A DNA stretch of 64,000 bases, taken from Rebecca billardiae RCC1528. Taxonomy: Eukaryota > Protista > Haptophyta. Under the pieces are notes generated by a model. That model did no database searches and was not told where the DNA came from. It saw nothing but the letters and a program-made list of their open reading frames with translations. Shown here one piece after another: positions 33,156 through 44,404 of this stretch; within the stretch, counting starts at the first letter, position 1, and the number at the start of each line of letters is the position of its first letter. Both the position numbers and the translations under genes were made by a program. Location: NCBI GenBank assembly GCA_965240325.2, contig OZ251224.1:372001-436000 (forward strand). Direction: 5' to 3'.

Positions 33156-36100
33156 ATGGCCCGCGGTGCAGGGCGGAGCGCGTAGCGTGGAGCCCCGCCG
33201 GGGGCCCTCACTACGTTGTCAAAAAGATCTTTTGATCAAAGAAAAGGGGACGGGGGACGATTTTGAGGGCTGTTGGAGGGTGAGTTTTCGCTTTTTCGAG
33301 GGGTACATTGGCCCATTGCTTTGCATTAGCAAGACTCGATTGACGAAATAGCCGCGCCCGCTCCAATTCCATATCTACGGACGGACGTGAGCCTGTGGAC
33401 GTGCATTTGTCAGTATATGATCTGGGTGAACGAATCTGCGATTTGTTGTAAATCTTCATACGACCATAATGTTGCCAAATAGGACGAGGACCCAAGCGCA
33501 TGCGATGGAGGTCCTGGGCTCCGGCCTGGCAAAAAGTCTCGTCAAGTACTCAACTTTACTAACGACGAACCTTTGCGCGCTGCCAAATTACTCAACTTTA
33601 CTAACGACGAACCTTTGCGCGCTGCCAAATGGGACGAGACCCAAGCGCAGTGATGCATGGAGGTCCTAACAAAAATCCGTCAAGTACTCAACTTTATTTA
33701 CTGACGACGAACCTTTGCGCTCCCGGCGAGTATGATGCGTCGCATCCGATTACCGATTGGCCGAGTCTGAACTATGACGAACGGCACCCGGTATTGGATG
33801 GCGGCCCGAGGGCCGAGGCCGAACACAGCGCAGGTTTTTTACCCGGGCGCGGGCTCTGCCCGCGCGGGCGCGTTCGTCGCTCGAGGAGGAGCGCGCAAGG
33901 GCGAGCCGAGTCCGGAGCACTACGCGTAAGCTCGTTCGTTGCTAGTAGGGGGTCCAAGCCAGCAGCCCACTGATTTGTGATATTTGACAACCATGCCATG
34001 TAGGCGTCTGCTGAGCGTGGCGCTTGCGGAGTCACCCTCAAATATGCCCCACAGCCCAGCCCAGCCGTCAGAAGCACTAAAAACCGACTCCGCGTGTCGT
34101 CGCGCGGTCGTGCGCGCGCGCAGCGGCGCCCGCTGTGTCACATAGAGATTCAGCCGAATGTTACCTACTTGTTATTGCAGCTAGATGACGATACGCGGTC
34201 GGACTTACCTATTGACAAGCGCTGCCCCCTATCCGAAGGATTTTATGGTGAAAATACCGAAAAAGTGGGGCACTATGCTGTGCGCGTAGACGTCCATGAA
34301 AAACTACTCCAAGATCGAGCACATTACCCATTTAATTATAGGAATTTACCCGCGTATAAGAGCATGTTTACCCACTTTATATCAAATGTGGTTACTTTTA
34401 TAATATGTATTCAAGTACGTGCCTATACATGGGTACCTTGCTCACTATTTGCTGGGTCATCCGAATACGGAATACGGCGGCGCCGAGACGGCTCATGCTG
34501 CCACTGGACTCACATCAGTGAGCGCCGGCCCGCGAACGCGGGCCTGATGCCGGTGGCGGGCTGCACGTGCTGCGGCACACGGCCAACTCCGCCACTGAAC
34601 ATGCCACCATCCCCGTATGAGAGGCCTCTCCGCCGTCGAGGCTGGCGTGCGCAGACTAGCTCGCCATGTGTGGCGGCTTCCTTGCCGGTCTCAGGTGTCA
34701 CCGGCACCGTCGCCGTTCGTCGTACACCAGCCCACGCGAGGCCGCCACCGGTCCACCTCGGCTGCGGCTACAGCGCCTGCAGTCGAGGGTGCTCCATGTT
34801 ACCTCTGACTCGGCGAGCTGCTCGGTGGCGAGCGTTGAGCTCTCTGCCTCCGCTGCCGCGCCCAGCGCGCACGCCTGCCCCGAGCACCATGCAGTCTGCA
34901 CGCTGCTCCAAGACGGCCGCCAACAGTGGCGGCGGCACTCCCGAGACGAAGACACGGTGTACAGATGTGGCAGCGGCCATAGCGGCGCTTGGCGGCGCGC
35001 GTCTGCTCCGCAGCAAGCTTGACGTTCGTGACAAGGTGCACGCTCTTCGCCTCAGGGCAGCTCGGCTGCTGCATGCAGCCAAGCGGCACGCCAAGTGGCA
35101 CAACAAACAAGCCGACGCGTGCCGGCTGGAGCTTCTGGCGGTACTACTGTGGGCTGGAAGATAGGCCCCGCACGTACACAGGGTCGCCGAGCTTGCTTAC
35201 CACCCACGACTGCCGCGCGCTCCCGTTTGCGCACGAGCGGCCAGCGATCGCGCGAGTGCATGCGCAGCGCGTGGGGAGGTGAGCACTGCACGCACCGGGC
35301 CAAGCGCCGGGGGCTGACTCATTCTCCTCATGAGCTGATGGAACCAGTAGGGAACCAGGGCGCAGCGTGCACGGTTCACCTGGAACCGGGGCTGCGTTGT
35401 CCGCGCTCATCCGGATGAGAGTTCGAACGGCGCGCAGAGCGGGGCTGTGAGGTTCAAGATGTCCGGTGAGAGCGAGCTGCCAGCGATCATTTGGCCGAAC
35501 GCTGCCATGGTGGGCACCCTGACTCGCCCGCCCGCGCGCCTCTGACGCCAGAGCGCGCTCCGCCGCGCCGACGCGACGATGAAGTCCACCGCCCAGGCGT
35601 GCTGCTCGCCCGATCTCGGGCTCGACCGTGCTCTGAACGGCCGCGGCCCGTGCTGCCGCAATTCGAGGCCAAAATGTTCAGAAATGCTCAGCGCGAAATC
35701 GGTCAGTCGATTTTCGATTTTAAATTCCGCGGCTTGGACCCCCTATTGCTAGAGGAGGAGCGCGCCGCGAGCACGCAACGGATGCGCCCGGAGCTAGCGC
35801 GGCTGAAGGGCGAGCTCGAGCACGCGAGCTCGCTCCTCGTGACGTCGAGCGCGAGCTCCTCCTTAGCAACTCGGTCGACGGCGGCGTGGAGGTGCCGAGC
35901 AGCGTGAGTGAGGACGAGCAGGAGCAGTGACAGTCGTGGAACGCGCGCCGGTTCCCGTTCGGTCGCGCAGCCGGGCGCCCAGCTGACTCGGGCCGTGCAT
36001 CGGAGCACGTGCGCGCGCAGGCGCTGGGCGCCGAGCTGGCCCGGAAGCGCGGCGCCGAGCTCGACGCGCTGCGCCGTGCGCGACGCGGCGACGGACGCGC

Positions 36101-36566
36101 TGGGCGCGCGCGGCGCCCTCGTCGCGACGCCCCCGGTGCAGCAGCTCGAGCAGCCAGCTGTGGAGTAGACGGCCGTCGACTCGAGGGCGCCACCGCGCCG
36201 GGTGAGTGAGCACGCACGGGCTCAGCCTCGGTCGGCTGGCTGGCCGCCGCTGCTTATTCGAGGCCGACGCGGCGGAGGAGGCTGGAGGCGGCGGGCGAGC
36301 ACGGTGCCGGTGGCGCGGTGGAGCAGGCGCGCACGCGCGGCGGCAGGCGCGACCCGCCGCTCGCCTCGTTCCACCCCGAGCTCCGCGCTCGGTCTCGCCT
36401 CTGGGTGCGCGGCTGCGCAGCGCCGTGAGTGAGCGCACGGGCCCGGGGGGCGGGGCCGCAGCAGTGGCGCGCGCTCTCGCCGTCTGCCGGCACGAGGCGC
36501 AACGGAGGGTGCACCGCGGGCCTCTAACTACGTTGGTTCTACGGAAGGACCGCGGAACGCGGTCAT
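33156..36566 (+). mobile_element. Non-autonomous Helitron2/Helentron-like element, copy 2 (about 3.4 kb)
   Basis: Starts ATGGCCCGCGGTGCA; inverted copy TGCACCGCGGGCC at 36510-36522; terminal hairpin at 36548-36564; no recognisable transposase. Confidence 0.75.
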
Positions 36567-36788
36567 AAAGGGGAATTTTAAAACACACTACACAGTTCCG
36601 ATGTAAAGTACTTTATGACTATGGCACTATGCGCTCAAGCTATGCAGTATTCGTCGTCGTGGCTGACTTGATGCTGATTAAAAGGCGTATCGCGTCCATA
36701 TATTCACTGATGTGCAATATTGTGCATCCACCGCCGCGGCGCCGACCCCCGCTGGCGCTGCGCTTTGGCCTTCGCTTTCCTGCGCAGC

Positions 36789-38030
36789 ATGGCGGCGGCC
36801 ACCCGCCACCTCTTCACTGCCCTCGTCCTTGCGTCACAAACAACGGTATCTCTCTCCCGTAGACTCCCGCCAAGACCGCTGTGCACGCTGACGAACATTA
36901 CGCAGGTGCTGCGGCCAGGCTCGCGAGCGCTCCGGTTCTACACGGACGGTGTGTACGGGCCGGCGCCTACGGCTGTGGCCGCAGCGGCGCGCGAGGCGGA
37001 CTTTGCGAGCAAACTCCACTGCTGCGTAGACGTTGTGTACGCGCGGCTCCTGCCGCGCGAGCTTCAAGAGGGCTGCAGATGGCCGTGGGACACACTCCAC
37101 GCTGGTGGCGTGCGCATGCATCAAACGCCATGGCACTTTTCGCAAAAGGAAGACGAACAGCTGGGCGTGCTGCGCGTGGGCAACACGAGCCGCCAATGCG
37201 CTACTACTGCTGATCGCCGCCATCATCCTGACGATGTCCGACCACCGCCACCCGCGCTTGTCGACTGGGACGACGAAGCCGAATGGCTGGAGGTGTCGCA
37301 CACTGTGGGGCCGAATCTGGACGAGTCAGATGGCCTGTGGTTCTACCGCGCCATCGGCTCAGGCCTGTGGTTTCAGCCGCGCCGCCTGCTACGGATGACG
37401 ACGCATGGCGACTTCCAAACACAGATGGGCGAGCGAAACATGCACAACGCGCTGCGCAAGGCCTTTGGCCTCGGGTACGCCAGCGTCTCCTTCAACTCTT
37501 TTTGTGACAAAGGCGCACCAATGTACTTTCTGGAGCTCGTGAGCAACCTGCCGTCGGAGCGTACTGATGCGCGACGTCTCTTTGCAGACAGCTGCACAGA
37601 GCGCTTTCGAGCGGGCTATCCACCATACCTGCAAAACTGCACTTGCTGCGTGCGCGAGATCAGGACGAATTTGCCTGCCGGCCGGCCTCGGCGCACGTAC
37701 TGCCCATTCGCAAGTGTCGGCGCTGCCGCCGAGCTTGATGATGGCCACGACATTCTGCTCAATGTCGGTGCCGACGGTGGGCGTGGAGCACGACGTCGTC
37801 GACTAGAACCAAGCTCGTTTCGGCTCGCTCGCCGTTTTGCAAATGACTCGGACTTCCGAATGGGACTGGCTGCCTTCAGATGCCTGCTGCCCAAGCACCA
37901 GCGGCAGTACTGGCTGCCGGAGGACGCGCCGCCGCGGCCTACGACTCTGAATAAGATGCCGGCGGCGCCCGCGCTGGACAGTCACAGCCGCGGAGCCATC
38001 CGCTCAGGTGCCACTGACAGGACTCACTGA
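36789..38030 (+). CDS. Hypothetical secreted protein
   Basis: Intronless ORF with a signal-peptide-like start and the motif WLEVSH...GLWFYRAIGSGLWF. Confidence 0.65.
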   Translation: MAAATRHLFTALVLASQTTVSLSRRLPPRPLCTLTNITQVLRPGSRALRFYTDGVYGPAPTAVAAAAREADFASKLHCCVDVVYARLLPRELQEGCRWPWDTLHAGGVRMHQTPWHFSQKEDEQLGVLRVGNTSRQCATTADRRHHPDDVRPPPPALVDWDDEAEWLEVSHTVGPNLDESDGLWFYRAIGSGLWFQPRRLLRMTTHGDFQTQMGERNMHNALRKAFGLGYASVSFNSFCDKGAPMYFLELVSNLPSERTDARRLFADSCTERFRAGYPPYLQNCTCCVREIRTNLPAGRPRRTYCPFASVGAAAELDDGHDILLNVGADGGRGARRRRLEPSSFRLARRFANDSDFRMGLAAFRCLLPKHQRQYWLPEDAPPRPTTLNKMPAAPALDSHSRGAIRSGATDRTH

Positions 38031-38727
38031 TGACTACAGGACTGACAGCACAGCAGGTCACACTCGGTCGCCTCGAGTAACAGTACGACTGAACAGGTCC
38101 CGGAACGCGATCGGCGATGACTCCGTGGACCGTGCGCAGCAGATCCAGCGCGCCATCAGATCCTGTATGTAGTGCTGACAATTATAATAAATTTATAATA
38201 TATATTATATTATAATAATATGACGACATATATAGCAGTCGTATACGACAGTAGTACCGCTGACGATCCGGCCGACGCGACATGGCGCGACACTGATACG
38301 GCGCAGCCAGCCGCGGCGATAGTGCGTCAGCCAGCTGCCGCCGCGCAATAATGCCATGGGCGGCGGTTGGCGGTTCGTCCCCAACCCGCGGGCGCCGCTG
38401 CCAGGGAGTTCGGAGAGTCAGGCGGGCCAGACGACCCCGGGAGCGCCGGGCGACTGGGCCATGATTCGGACGAGCGCCTGCGACTTGGCCACCGCCCACC
38501 CCGGCCCGGCCGCTGTGCCCGTATGGCCCATGCCTCGTGATGATCTGATGCGTCGTCGGCCGTGCCAGCGGCGGCGATTCAAAGTCAAGCTCGGCCGCTG
38601 GTTGCAGCAGCCCCAGGCGCTCAGCGGCGAGTAAGCAGGCTCCGGGCGCGGTGCACCGTGCAGCGACGCGCACACCAGTGGCAGCGCCACGGCGTCTGGC
38701 TGGCTCCGCCTGCCGGCCCGCCGGTCA

Positions 38728-39426
38728 TCAGAGAAGGCGCCGGGGATGTGGGTGCAAGCTCATGTCGTCCACCGCCATGCTAACGACGGGCTCCCTCGTG
38801 AGCTGCAGGCCCCGTACGCGCATCTCGCGCGCAATGTGCACGGCTTGCGCGCAGCCCAAGAAGAAGAGCCCGGCCACCGCGTAGCCGACGACGACCATGG
38901 ACCAGCTATACGCTCGGTGCGCCACGGGTGGCGCCTCTGCGCAGTCCGCGTGCTGCCGGTGGCACGAGACCTGGACGTAGTAGTCGGCGTTCACCGAGTT
39001 GCCAACGACCTGCGCGGCGACGGCAGCCGCCGTGTACGCGCTGTACCACCACAACGAGACCGAGGACATCGGTGGTGGCCACTGCATGTCGTCCCATGCC
39101 GCCTGCGAACATTCCCTGCACATCGGGCAACCGACGACGAGGAAGCTGCCCCGCGCGGCGCAGAGCCAGCCGAGGATCTCCGGCATCACCCCGGGCGCGA
39201 GCTCCTCGTACAGCACGAGGACGGAGCCGGCTGTCGCGAGCAAGGCGCCACCGACCAGGACTGCCCCGGCGCAGCTGATCGCAAACTGCGCTTGGGCGAC
39301 GTTCGCGAAACGCGACACCAGCGGCGCGAGTGGATCGTCGGGCGGATCGTCGGGCGGATCGTCGGGCAGGTGCGGCTTTTCGTTGAAGTCATCATGCTGC
39401 ATGGAGAGCTCCCGGGCGGCAGCCAT
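38728..39426 (-). CDS. Hypothetical multi-pass membrane protein (about 4 TM)
   Basis: Four hydrophobic segments; divergent from the MFS gene. Confidence 0.6.
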   Translation of the reverse strand: MAAARELSMQHDDFNEKPHLPDDPPDDPPDDPLAPLVSRFANVAQAQFAISCAGAVLVGGALLATAGSVLVLYEELAPGVMPEILGWLCAARGSFLVVGCPMCRECSQAAWDDMQWPPPMSSVSLWWYSAYTAAAVAAQVVGNSVNADYYVQVSCHRQHADCAEAPPVAHRAYSWSMVVVGYAVAGLFFLGCAQAVHIAREMRVRGLQLTREPVVSMAVDDMSLHPHPRRLL

Positions 39427-39634
39427 TCTTGTCACCGCACCGCCCAGTTTTTGTCGTCGTCAGTTTGTGCGCGCTTGCGGCGGGACGCGAGCTCTTTTCC
39501 GGCCGGGGCCGCCAGCTGGATTTGGATTATAATTATTGATACCCGCACTGCTTCGGCCACTCGTGCTCGACGATTTCTGGCAGGCACGCGTCCGTCATTC
39601 GCGCCGACGCCGTCGGCGTCGCGTCGGCCTCGAG

Positions 39635-41116
39635 ATGGGCTTCGGGCACACGGCGAGCACGAGCAACCTGAGTAGCGTCGAGCAGGCGCCACCGCGTGGC
39701 CTTGTCGCCGCGCTGCTCTTCATCGCCGTGATGGTCAATCAGGTGCGCAGGCTCCGCCGTGGCATGCGCGGCACGCGCCGGCCGCGGCCGTTTGCCGCGC
39801 GCGCGGCCGACGTGTGCGCCACTCCGCCTGGCGCGCGCGCGCGCGCCCGCTCGCAGGTGTCCCGGGTGATGATTCCATCGCTCCTCTCGACGATCAAGGA
39901 GGACCCCGCGTTCGGCACGGCCGCGGACGGGAAGGCGGCGATCGCGTCTGCGCTGCCGACGATCCTGCCGATCACATCGATGACATGCCTGTTCGGCAAG
40001 CTGGCCCTCGGCACGGCGACGGACCGGCTGGGCGGCTCGTTCATCCTGATCATCGTCTTTGCGCTCTTCGCCTCCTCCTCCGCCGGGCTCATCCTCACCA
40101 GCGACGTGCACGTGTTTGGCGGGATGTGGGTGCTCAACTCGCTCGCGTACACGGCCACGTGGGGCGCGGCGACGCAGGTGATCCACGCGGCGTTCCCGAA
40201 GGAGGAGTGGCCGGTGCAGCTGAGCTCGATCGCGTCGGCGGGGCGGCTCGGCGCCGCGGCGGGCGCCATCATCTACGGCTTCCTCCTCCAGCAGGGCCTC
40301 ACCTGGCGGCGCGTGTTTGTGGTGCCGACGCTCGTGCAGCTGGCGCTGATCGGGATGTGCGTGTGGCAGCACGCGACCGTGAGGCGCATGCAGCAGCTCT
40401 CCTCGGCCAAGGACGAGGCCGCGCTCGCGGGCGCGAAGGCCGCCGCCGCCTCCGCCGCCGCGCGCCCCGCCGCCCCGCCCGACGACGCCGCCGGCCCGTC
40501 GGTGCTCTCGCTCGTCTGCTCGGTCGACTTTGGCCTGATGTTTGCCGCCAAGGCGGGCCTCTTCGTGTTCACGCAGTGGTTCATGAACTTCGTGGGGATC
40601 TACCTGCGCTCGCAGTTCGGGTACTCGCTGCCCGCCTCGACGAACGCCATCTCCGTCGCCAACGCGGGGCAGATGATCGGCCTGCTCTTCGGCGGCAAGC
40701 TGTACAAGTCGCTCGCGCCGCGCACGCAGGCGGCCGCCATCGCCGCGTGCCTGGTCGTCACGACGGCTGTGCCCGCGCTGCTGCTCGCGCGCAGCTACGT
40801 GCCCGGCGTGGACGTGCTCGTGCTGCCGCTCCTCTTCGCGTGGGGGCTGTGCTTCTCCGTCCCCTTCTATCTCCCCGCGGGCACCTTCGCGCTCGAGCTC
40901 GGTGGCAAGCGCAACGGCGCCCTCTTCACCAACCTGTTCGACGCGGGCGGCTTCACCGCGTGCTCGGCGTGGAACCGGTACGCGGCCGCGCACAGCGCCA
41001 ACGACCGCTTCGACGAGGTGCTGCTCACGCTGGTGACGCTGGGCGGGCTCGCGCTGTGCACGATGCCCGCGTGCATGCTGCGCCGAGCGCCCGCTGGCCG
41101 GCACAAGGCCGAGTAG
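39635..41116 (+). CDS. Major facilitator superfamily transporter, 2 exons (in-frame intron 39743-39856)
   Basis: About 12 TM segments in a 6+6 arrangement; motif A-like GKLALGTATDRLGG. Confidence 0.85.
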   Translation: MGFGHTASTSNLSSVEQAPPRGLVAALLFIAVMVNQVRRLRRGMRGTRRPRPFAARAADVCATPPGARARARSQVSRVMIPSLLSTIKEDPAFGTAADGKAAIASALPTILPITSMTCLFGKLALGTATDRLGGSFILIIVFALFASSSAGLILTSDVHVFGGMWVLNSLAYTATWGAATQVIHAAFPKEEWPVQLSSIASAGRLGAAAGAIIYGFLLQQGLTWRRVFVVPTLVQLALIGMCVWQHATVRRMQQLSSAKDEAALAGAKAAAASAAARPAAPPDDAAGPSVLSLVCSVDFGLMFAAKAGLFVFTQWFMNFVGIYLRSQFGYSLPASTNAISVANAGQMIGLLFGGKLYKSLAPRTQAAAIAACLVVTTAVPALLLARSYVPGVDVLVLPLLFAWGLCFSVPFYLPAGTFALELGGKRNGALFTNLFDAGGFTACSAWNRYAAAHSANDRFDEVLLTLVTLGGLALCTMPACMLRRAPAGRHKAE

Positions 41117-41937
41117 CCTTTGGGCCCCGGCTCGCGACGGCAGCACCCACTGGCAGCCAACAGTGACGACGGCGTACCGACTCGCTGAGGATGGGATCGG
41201 CACGCCGCACCACGTGCGCGCTCCGAGTCATCGGGAGCACTGCCGTCCGACGACGAGCCCGTTGTCGCAAGGGTGTTGGCAGCTGCCCTGCGCGTGGTTG
41301 CTCGCGCGGCGGGATGTTACTTCGGACAGCGCAGTGTGCTGCAGACAGAGAGTAACTAACAGGCCGGTGCCTCGCGGGCCAGGCTCACTGGGATGCGCTT
41401 GCGGCCTTGCGCCGGACGCGACTGAGCTCCGGGGGACACGCTGACGCGTGTCACGCCGTACCGTGCACGGGGCCGGGTAACAGTACGCGGCCGCCTACAT
41501 CCGCCAATCGTCTCAAGTCTGCGCTTACCTAGTACCTAATAATATACCTGATTAGACGCGACTAATATCGATATATATATTAATATATTATAAGGCACTG
41601 TCGTCAATTGATAAACTATATAAAGTGCGCCGACCGATCACACCAGGCCGAGGCGCCACCAAGTCCAAGTCCAAGCAAGCAGTTCAGTAGCAGCAGCCGC
41701 TACGAGTACGACCGACGACACATCTGACAGTAGTGAGTGCAGTAGTCGATCTATACAGTGGCGCACTAGCTAAACTTTATAATACGACATTATTAGCTAC
41801 ACCGTACGTACATTAGATTTATAATAGAAGGCTCCGGCTCCGGTCCACCCCCCCACCCAGCTCCGTTACGTCTTGGCCCCGAGCCGAAGTCAACCAAGCG
41901 GACCATGCAGCAGAGTCCCTTCCGACACCCGATTGGC

Positions 41938-42250
41938 GATTGATGACTTCAACGAGAAATGGCGCATCTGACCACCTCCCATCAATAGGTTCAGACTTTA
42001 TTTTACTATGTAATTACCCGCCCCTTACTCATATTTCAGCATAGCCCGGGAGCTTTCCGGAGGCACCGCCTGTATACATACGCGCGAAAAATGTCACCCG
42101 GACTGGGTATTTAGTTATAGAAAATAGAGTCTGAATAACCTATTGGAGGTGTGGCTGATGATCCATCTGGCCGTATAATATCGTCCAAGGGACTGTCTGG
42201 GGAGTGGTCTTTGAGCAGTTTGAGCTATTGTAGATATATCGTCATCAATC
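41938..42250. repeat. Diverged long inverted repeat (foldback relic), AT-rich
   Basis: CCACCTCCCATCAATAGGTTCAGACTTTATTTT (from 41972) pairs imperfectly with AAAATAGAGTCTGAATAACCTATTGGAGGTGTGG (from 42120); outer arms GATTGATGAC and GTCATCAATC. Confidence 0.7.
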
Positions 42251-42442
42251 AATATGATCATCAGAGGAGAGGCGGCGATCCCGCCGATAACCGATTGCAG
42301 CAGTGTCAACGGATGTAACGCTCGTCCAGTGACCGGACTGGAGGGGATGGACCGAAGCCCGGAAGCCGGAGCCAGTATACATATGATACGACTGATGATG
42401 ACTACTGAGTGTCTACTCGTCCGACTACTACTCGCCCTCGGA

Positions 42443-44404
42443 TCAGTGCATCATAACATCAGCCGACGACGAAAGCCACGGCGACGAAAAACCAGCCGCT
42501 GCTGGTGCCTGCGGCTGCACTTGCAGTTGCCGTTGGGAGTCAGGTTCGTCGTGCGTGGCAGCCGCAGTAGTGGCACCAGCGCTGGAGCCTGCCGCTGCGG
42601 GCTGCGCATGTCCAACATGCGCCACGGCAGAGCCGTGCTGATGATTTCTGCTCGCAGCTGCGTCGCCAGTATCTCCTGCTGTGGCCGCTGCTGCGGATGG
42701 TGCAGGGTCACGGGCCCGGACGCGCCGCACGAGCTCGAGCGCGTCCGCAAGGTCGCGAATGTCCACGCCTGCTTGGGCCGCAGCAACCTCGATGCCCCAC
42801 TGTGCACTGCTGCCACCGCCGTGTGCACCTGGCTTGTCCGCTGGCTCGGCGCTGACCACGCCGTCTGCGCCCACGCCAATGCTGGGCACTACCTGAGCAC
42901 CCGGGTCGGGCGGAGGCTTGCCCGAGCCGCCCGTGCGACCGTCGACCGCCCACGTGAGCAGCGCAATCAGTACGAGCGCAACGTGCAGGCAGACGATGCC
43001 GCTCATCACGCCCGCGCCGAGCTCGTCCGCGGAGTCCTCGGCGGCGGCGCATTGGACCGTGCCGGCGCGCGCGCGGAAGTCGTCGTAGATTCGGCGCAGG
43101 TCCTCCGCCGCGTCGAGCGAGAGCGCGTGCAGCGACCCCTTCACCAGCGCGGAGCACGTGCGGCCGCCAAAGTCGCCGCGCACCGCCCAGCCGGCCTCCG
43201 CGTAGTCGAGCCGCGGGCCGAGCGCAGTCAGCGTGCAGTCTGCGTTGGCCGTGCCATGGAGCGCGAGCTCGAGCTCGGCGCTATCACCGAGCGCGACGCG
43301 GCACCCAGCGCTCGCCATCTGCTCGAATGGCGACCCGTCGGTGCGCACCAGCTTGGCGGTGGGGTAGAAGTGCCGCATGAACTCCTCGCCGTCCGCGTTG
43401 TCCCAGACGCACACCTTGGCGCCCGCGCCCACCGCCTCCTCGAGCGAGGCGTAGTCGGTCTGCAGCGCGGAGTCGATCACCAGCAGCTTGGTGAGGTGCG
43501 CTGTGTACGCCGCGACGATGAGCATCGCCGCGGTCGACCAGCTCAGCGCGACCAGCTTCCCCGCGCGCGTGGCCGGCGCGAGCGCGCCCTGCGTCGCCAC
43601 ATGGTGCGAGGCCTGGTACAGGGAGGTCTGGAGGGAGGCCACAAACGGGTGAGCGCCCCCGCCCGCCGAGCGCGAGCCGCGCAGGTGGGCGGACTCGAAG
43701 ACGGCGTAGAGTAGCGCGGTGCCGACCACGAGCGAGACGATGCACAGCCACGCGCCGCGCGTGAAAGGAAGCAGGATCAGCATCAGCTCGTGCCGCAGCG
43801 ACACGTCCCGCCGGCGCTGGCCCCGCGTCGCCGCGACGAGGCTCGCATCCCACACGCGGAAGGCAGAGAGGACACTCAGCCACGCGCGCTCCTTAGTGCC
43901 GGCGAAGGCGCCGAGCACGAGGTCGTATCGCATCAGCGTGTGGTCGAGCCACTGCGTCGCCGACATGTTCGCCGGCCGCGGCGGCATGAGCGTGAGCTGG
44001 TAGCCGAAGCTGCCGCGCTCGGCGAGCAGCGCGAGCATCTCGATGTGCATGCCGCTCCACGCGCCGGTCACGGGGTCGAAGTCGGCGAGCATCGGCTCGG
44101 ACGGGTGTTCGACCGCGGCGTGTACCGTCCGGCCGGCGAGCGCGCGGCCCAGCGCGACCAGCTCGCTCTCAGGGCTACCAGCGGCCGCGCTTCCTCGCCC
44201 ATCGAGCTGCAGTGAGAGCGCGTCCGCCTCCGCGCAGAAGACGTTGCGGTGGTCGAGGCCGTCGTCGTACAGCGCTGGGCGCGGTCGAGCAGCGCGTAGC
44301 GGAGCTACTGGTAGGGAGACGTGATGGTCTCGCGCAGCGTCGGTGCTGCCCGCGTGTGCGGCCAAAATGAGCACCGTCCACAGTGGTGCCGCCCAGGCCG
44401 CCAT
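42443..44404 (-). CDS. Ionotropic glutamate receptor-like channel without an amino-terminal domain
   Basis: Signal peptide, S1, M1 (LLPFTRGAWLCI), pore segment ATQG, M3 AAYTAHLTKLL (SYTANL-like), S2 and M4. Confidence 0.85.
   Translation of the reverse strand: MAAWAAPLWTVLILAAHAGSTDAARDHHVSLPVAPLRAARPRPALYDDGLDHRNVFCAEADALSLQLDGRGSAAAGSPESELVALGRALAGRTVHAAVEHPSEPMLADFDPVTGAWSGMHIEMLALLAERGSFGYQLTLMPPRPANMSATQWLDHTLMRYDLVLGAFAGTKERAWLSVLSAFRVWDASLVAATRGQRRRDVSLRHELMLILLPFTRGAWLCIVSLVVGTALLYAVFESAHLRGSRSAGGGAHPFVASLQTSLYQASHHVATQGALAPATRAGKLVALSWSTAAMLIVAAYTAHLTKLLVIDSALQTDYASLEEAVGAGAKVCVWDNADGEEFMRHFYPTAKLVRTDGSPFEQMASAGCRVALGDSAELELALHGTANADCTLTALGPRLDYAEAGWAVRGDFGGRTCSALVKGSLHALSLDAAEDLRRIYDDFRARAGTVQCAAAEDSADELGAGVMSGIVCLHVALVLIALLTWAVDGRTGGSGKPPPDPGAQVVPSIGVGADGVVSAEPADKPGAHGGGSSAQWGIEVAAAQAGVDIRDLADALELVRRVRARDPAPSAAAATAGDTGDAAASRNHQHGSAVAHVGHAQPAAAGSSAGATTAAATHDEPDSQRQLQVQPQAPAAAGFSSPWLSSSADVMMH

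Larger units (their letters stand above)
29141..33426 (+). repeat. Higher-order tandem array (798+438+438)x2 made of the NPHP4 3' region plus the transposon end
   Basis: Element start ATGGCCCGCGG occurs at 29808, 30606, 31044, 31482, 32280, 32718 and 33156. Confidence 0.95.

Noticed and set aside
30616-33501. Repeated 61-aa and 101-aa ORFs as a gene family
   Set aside because: They are by-products of the tandem array of non-coding element end and 3'UTR.
33915-33946. Canonical Helitron 3' end (hairpin then CTAG|T) inside copy 2
   Set aside because: The stem is weak, CTAGT is common in this genome's intergenic DNA, and no matching 5' TC end could be defined.
34094-35907. Transposase or Fanzor/TnpB inside the 3.4-kb Helitron-like copy
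   Set aside because: No HUH, helicase, DDE or RuvC/zinc-finger motifs were recognisable in the ORFs.
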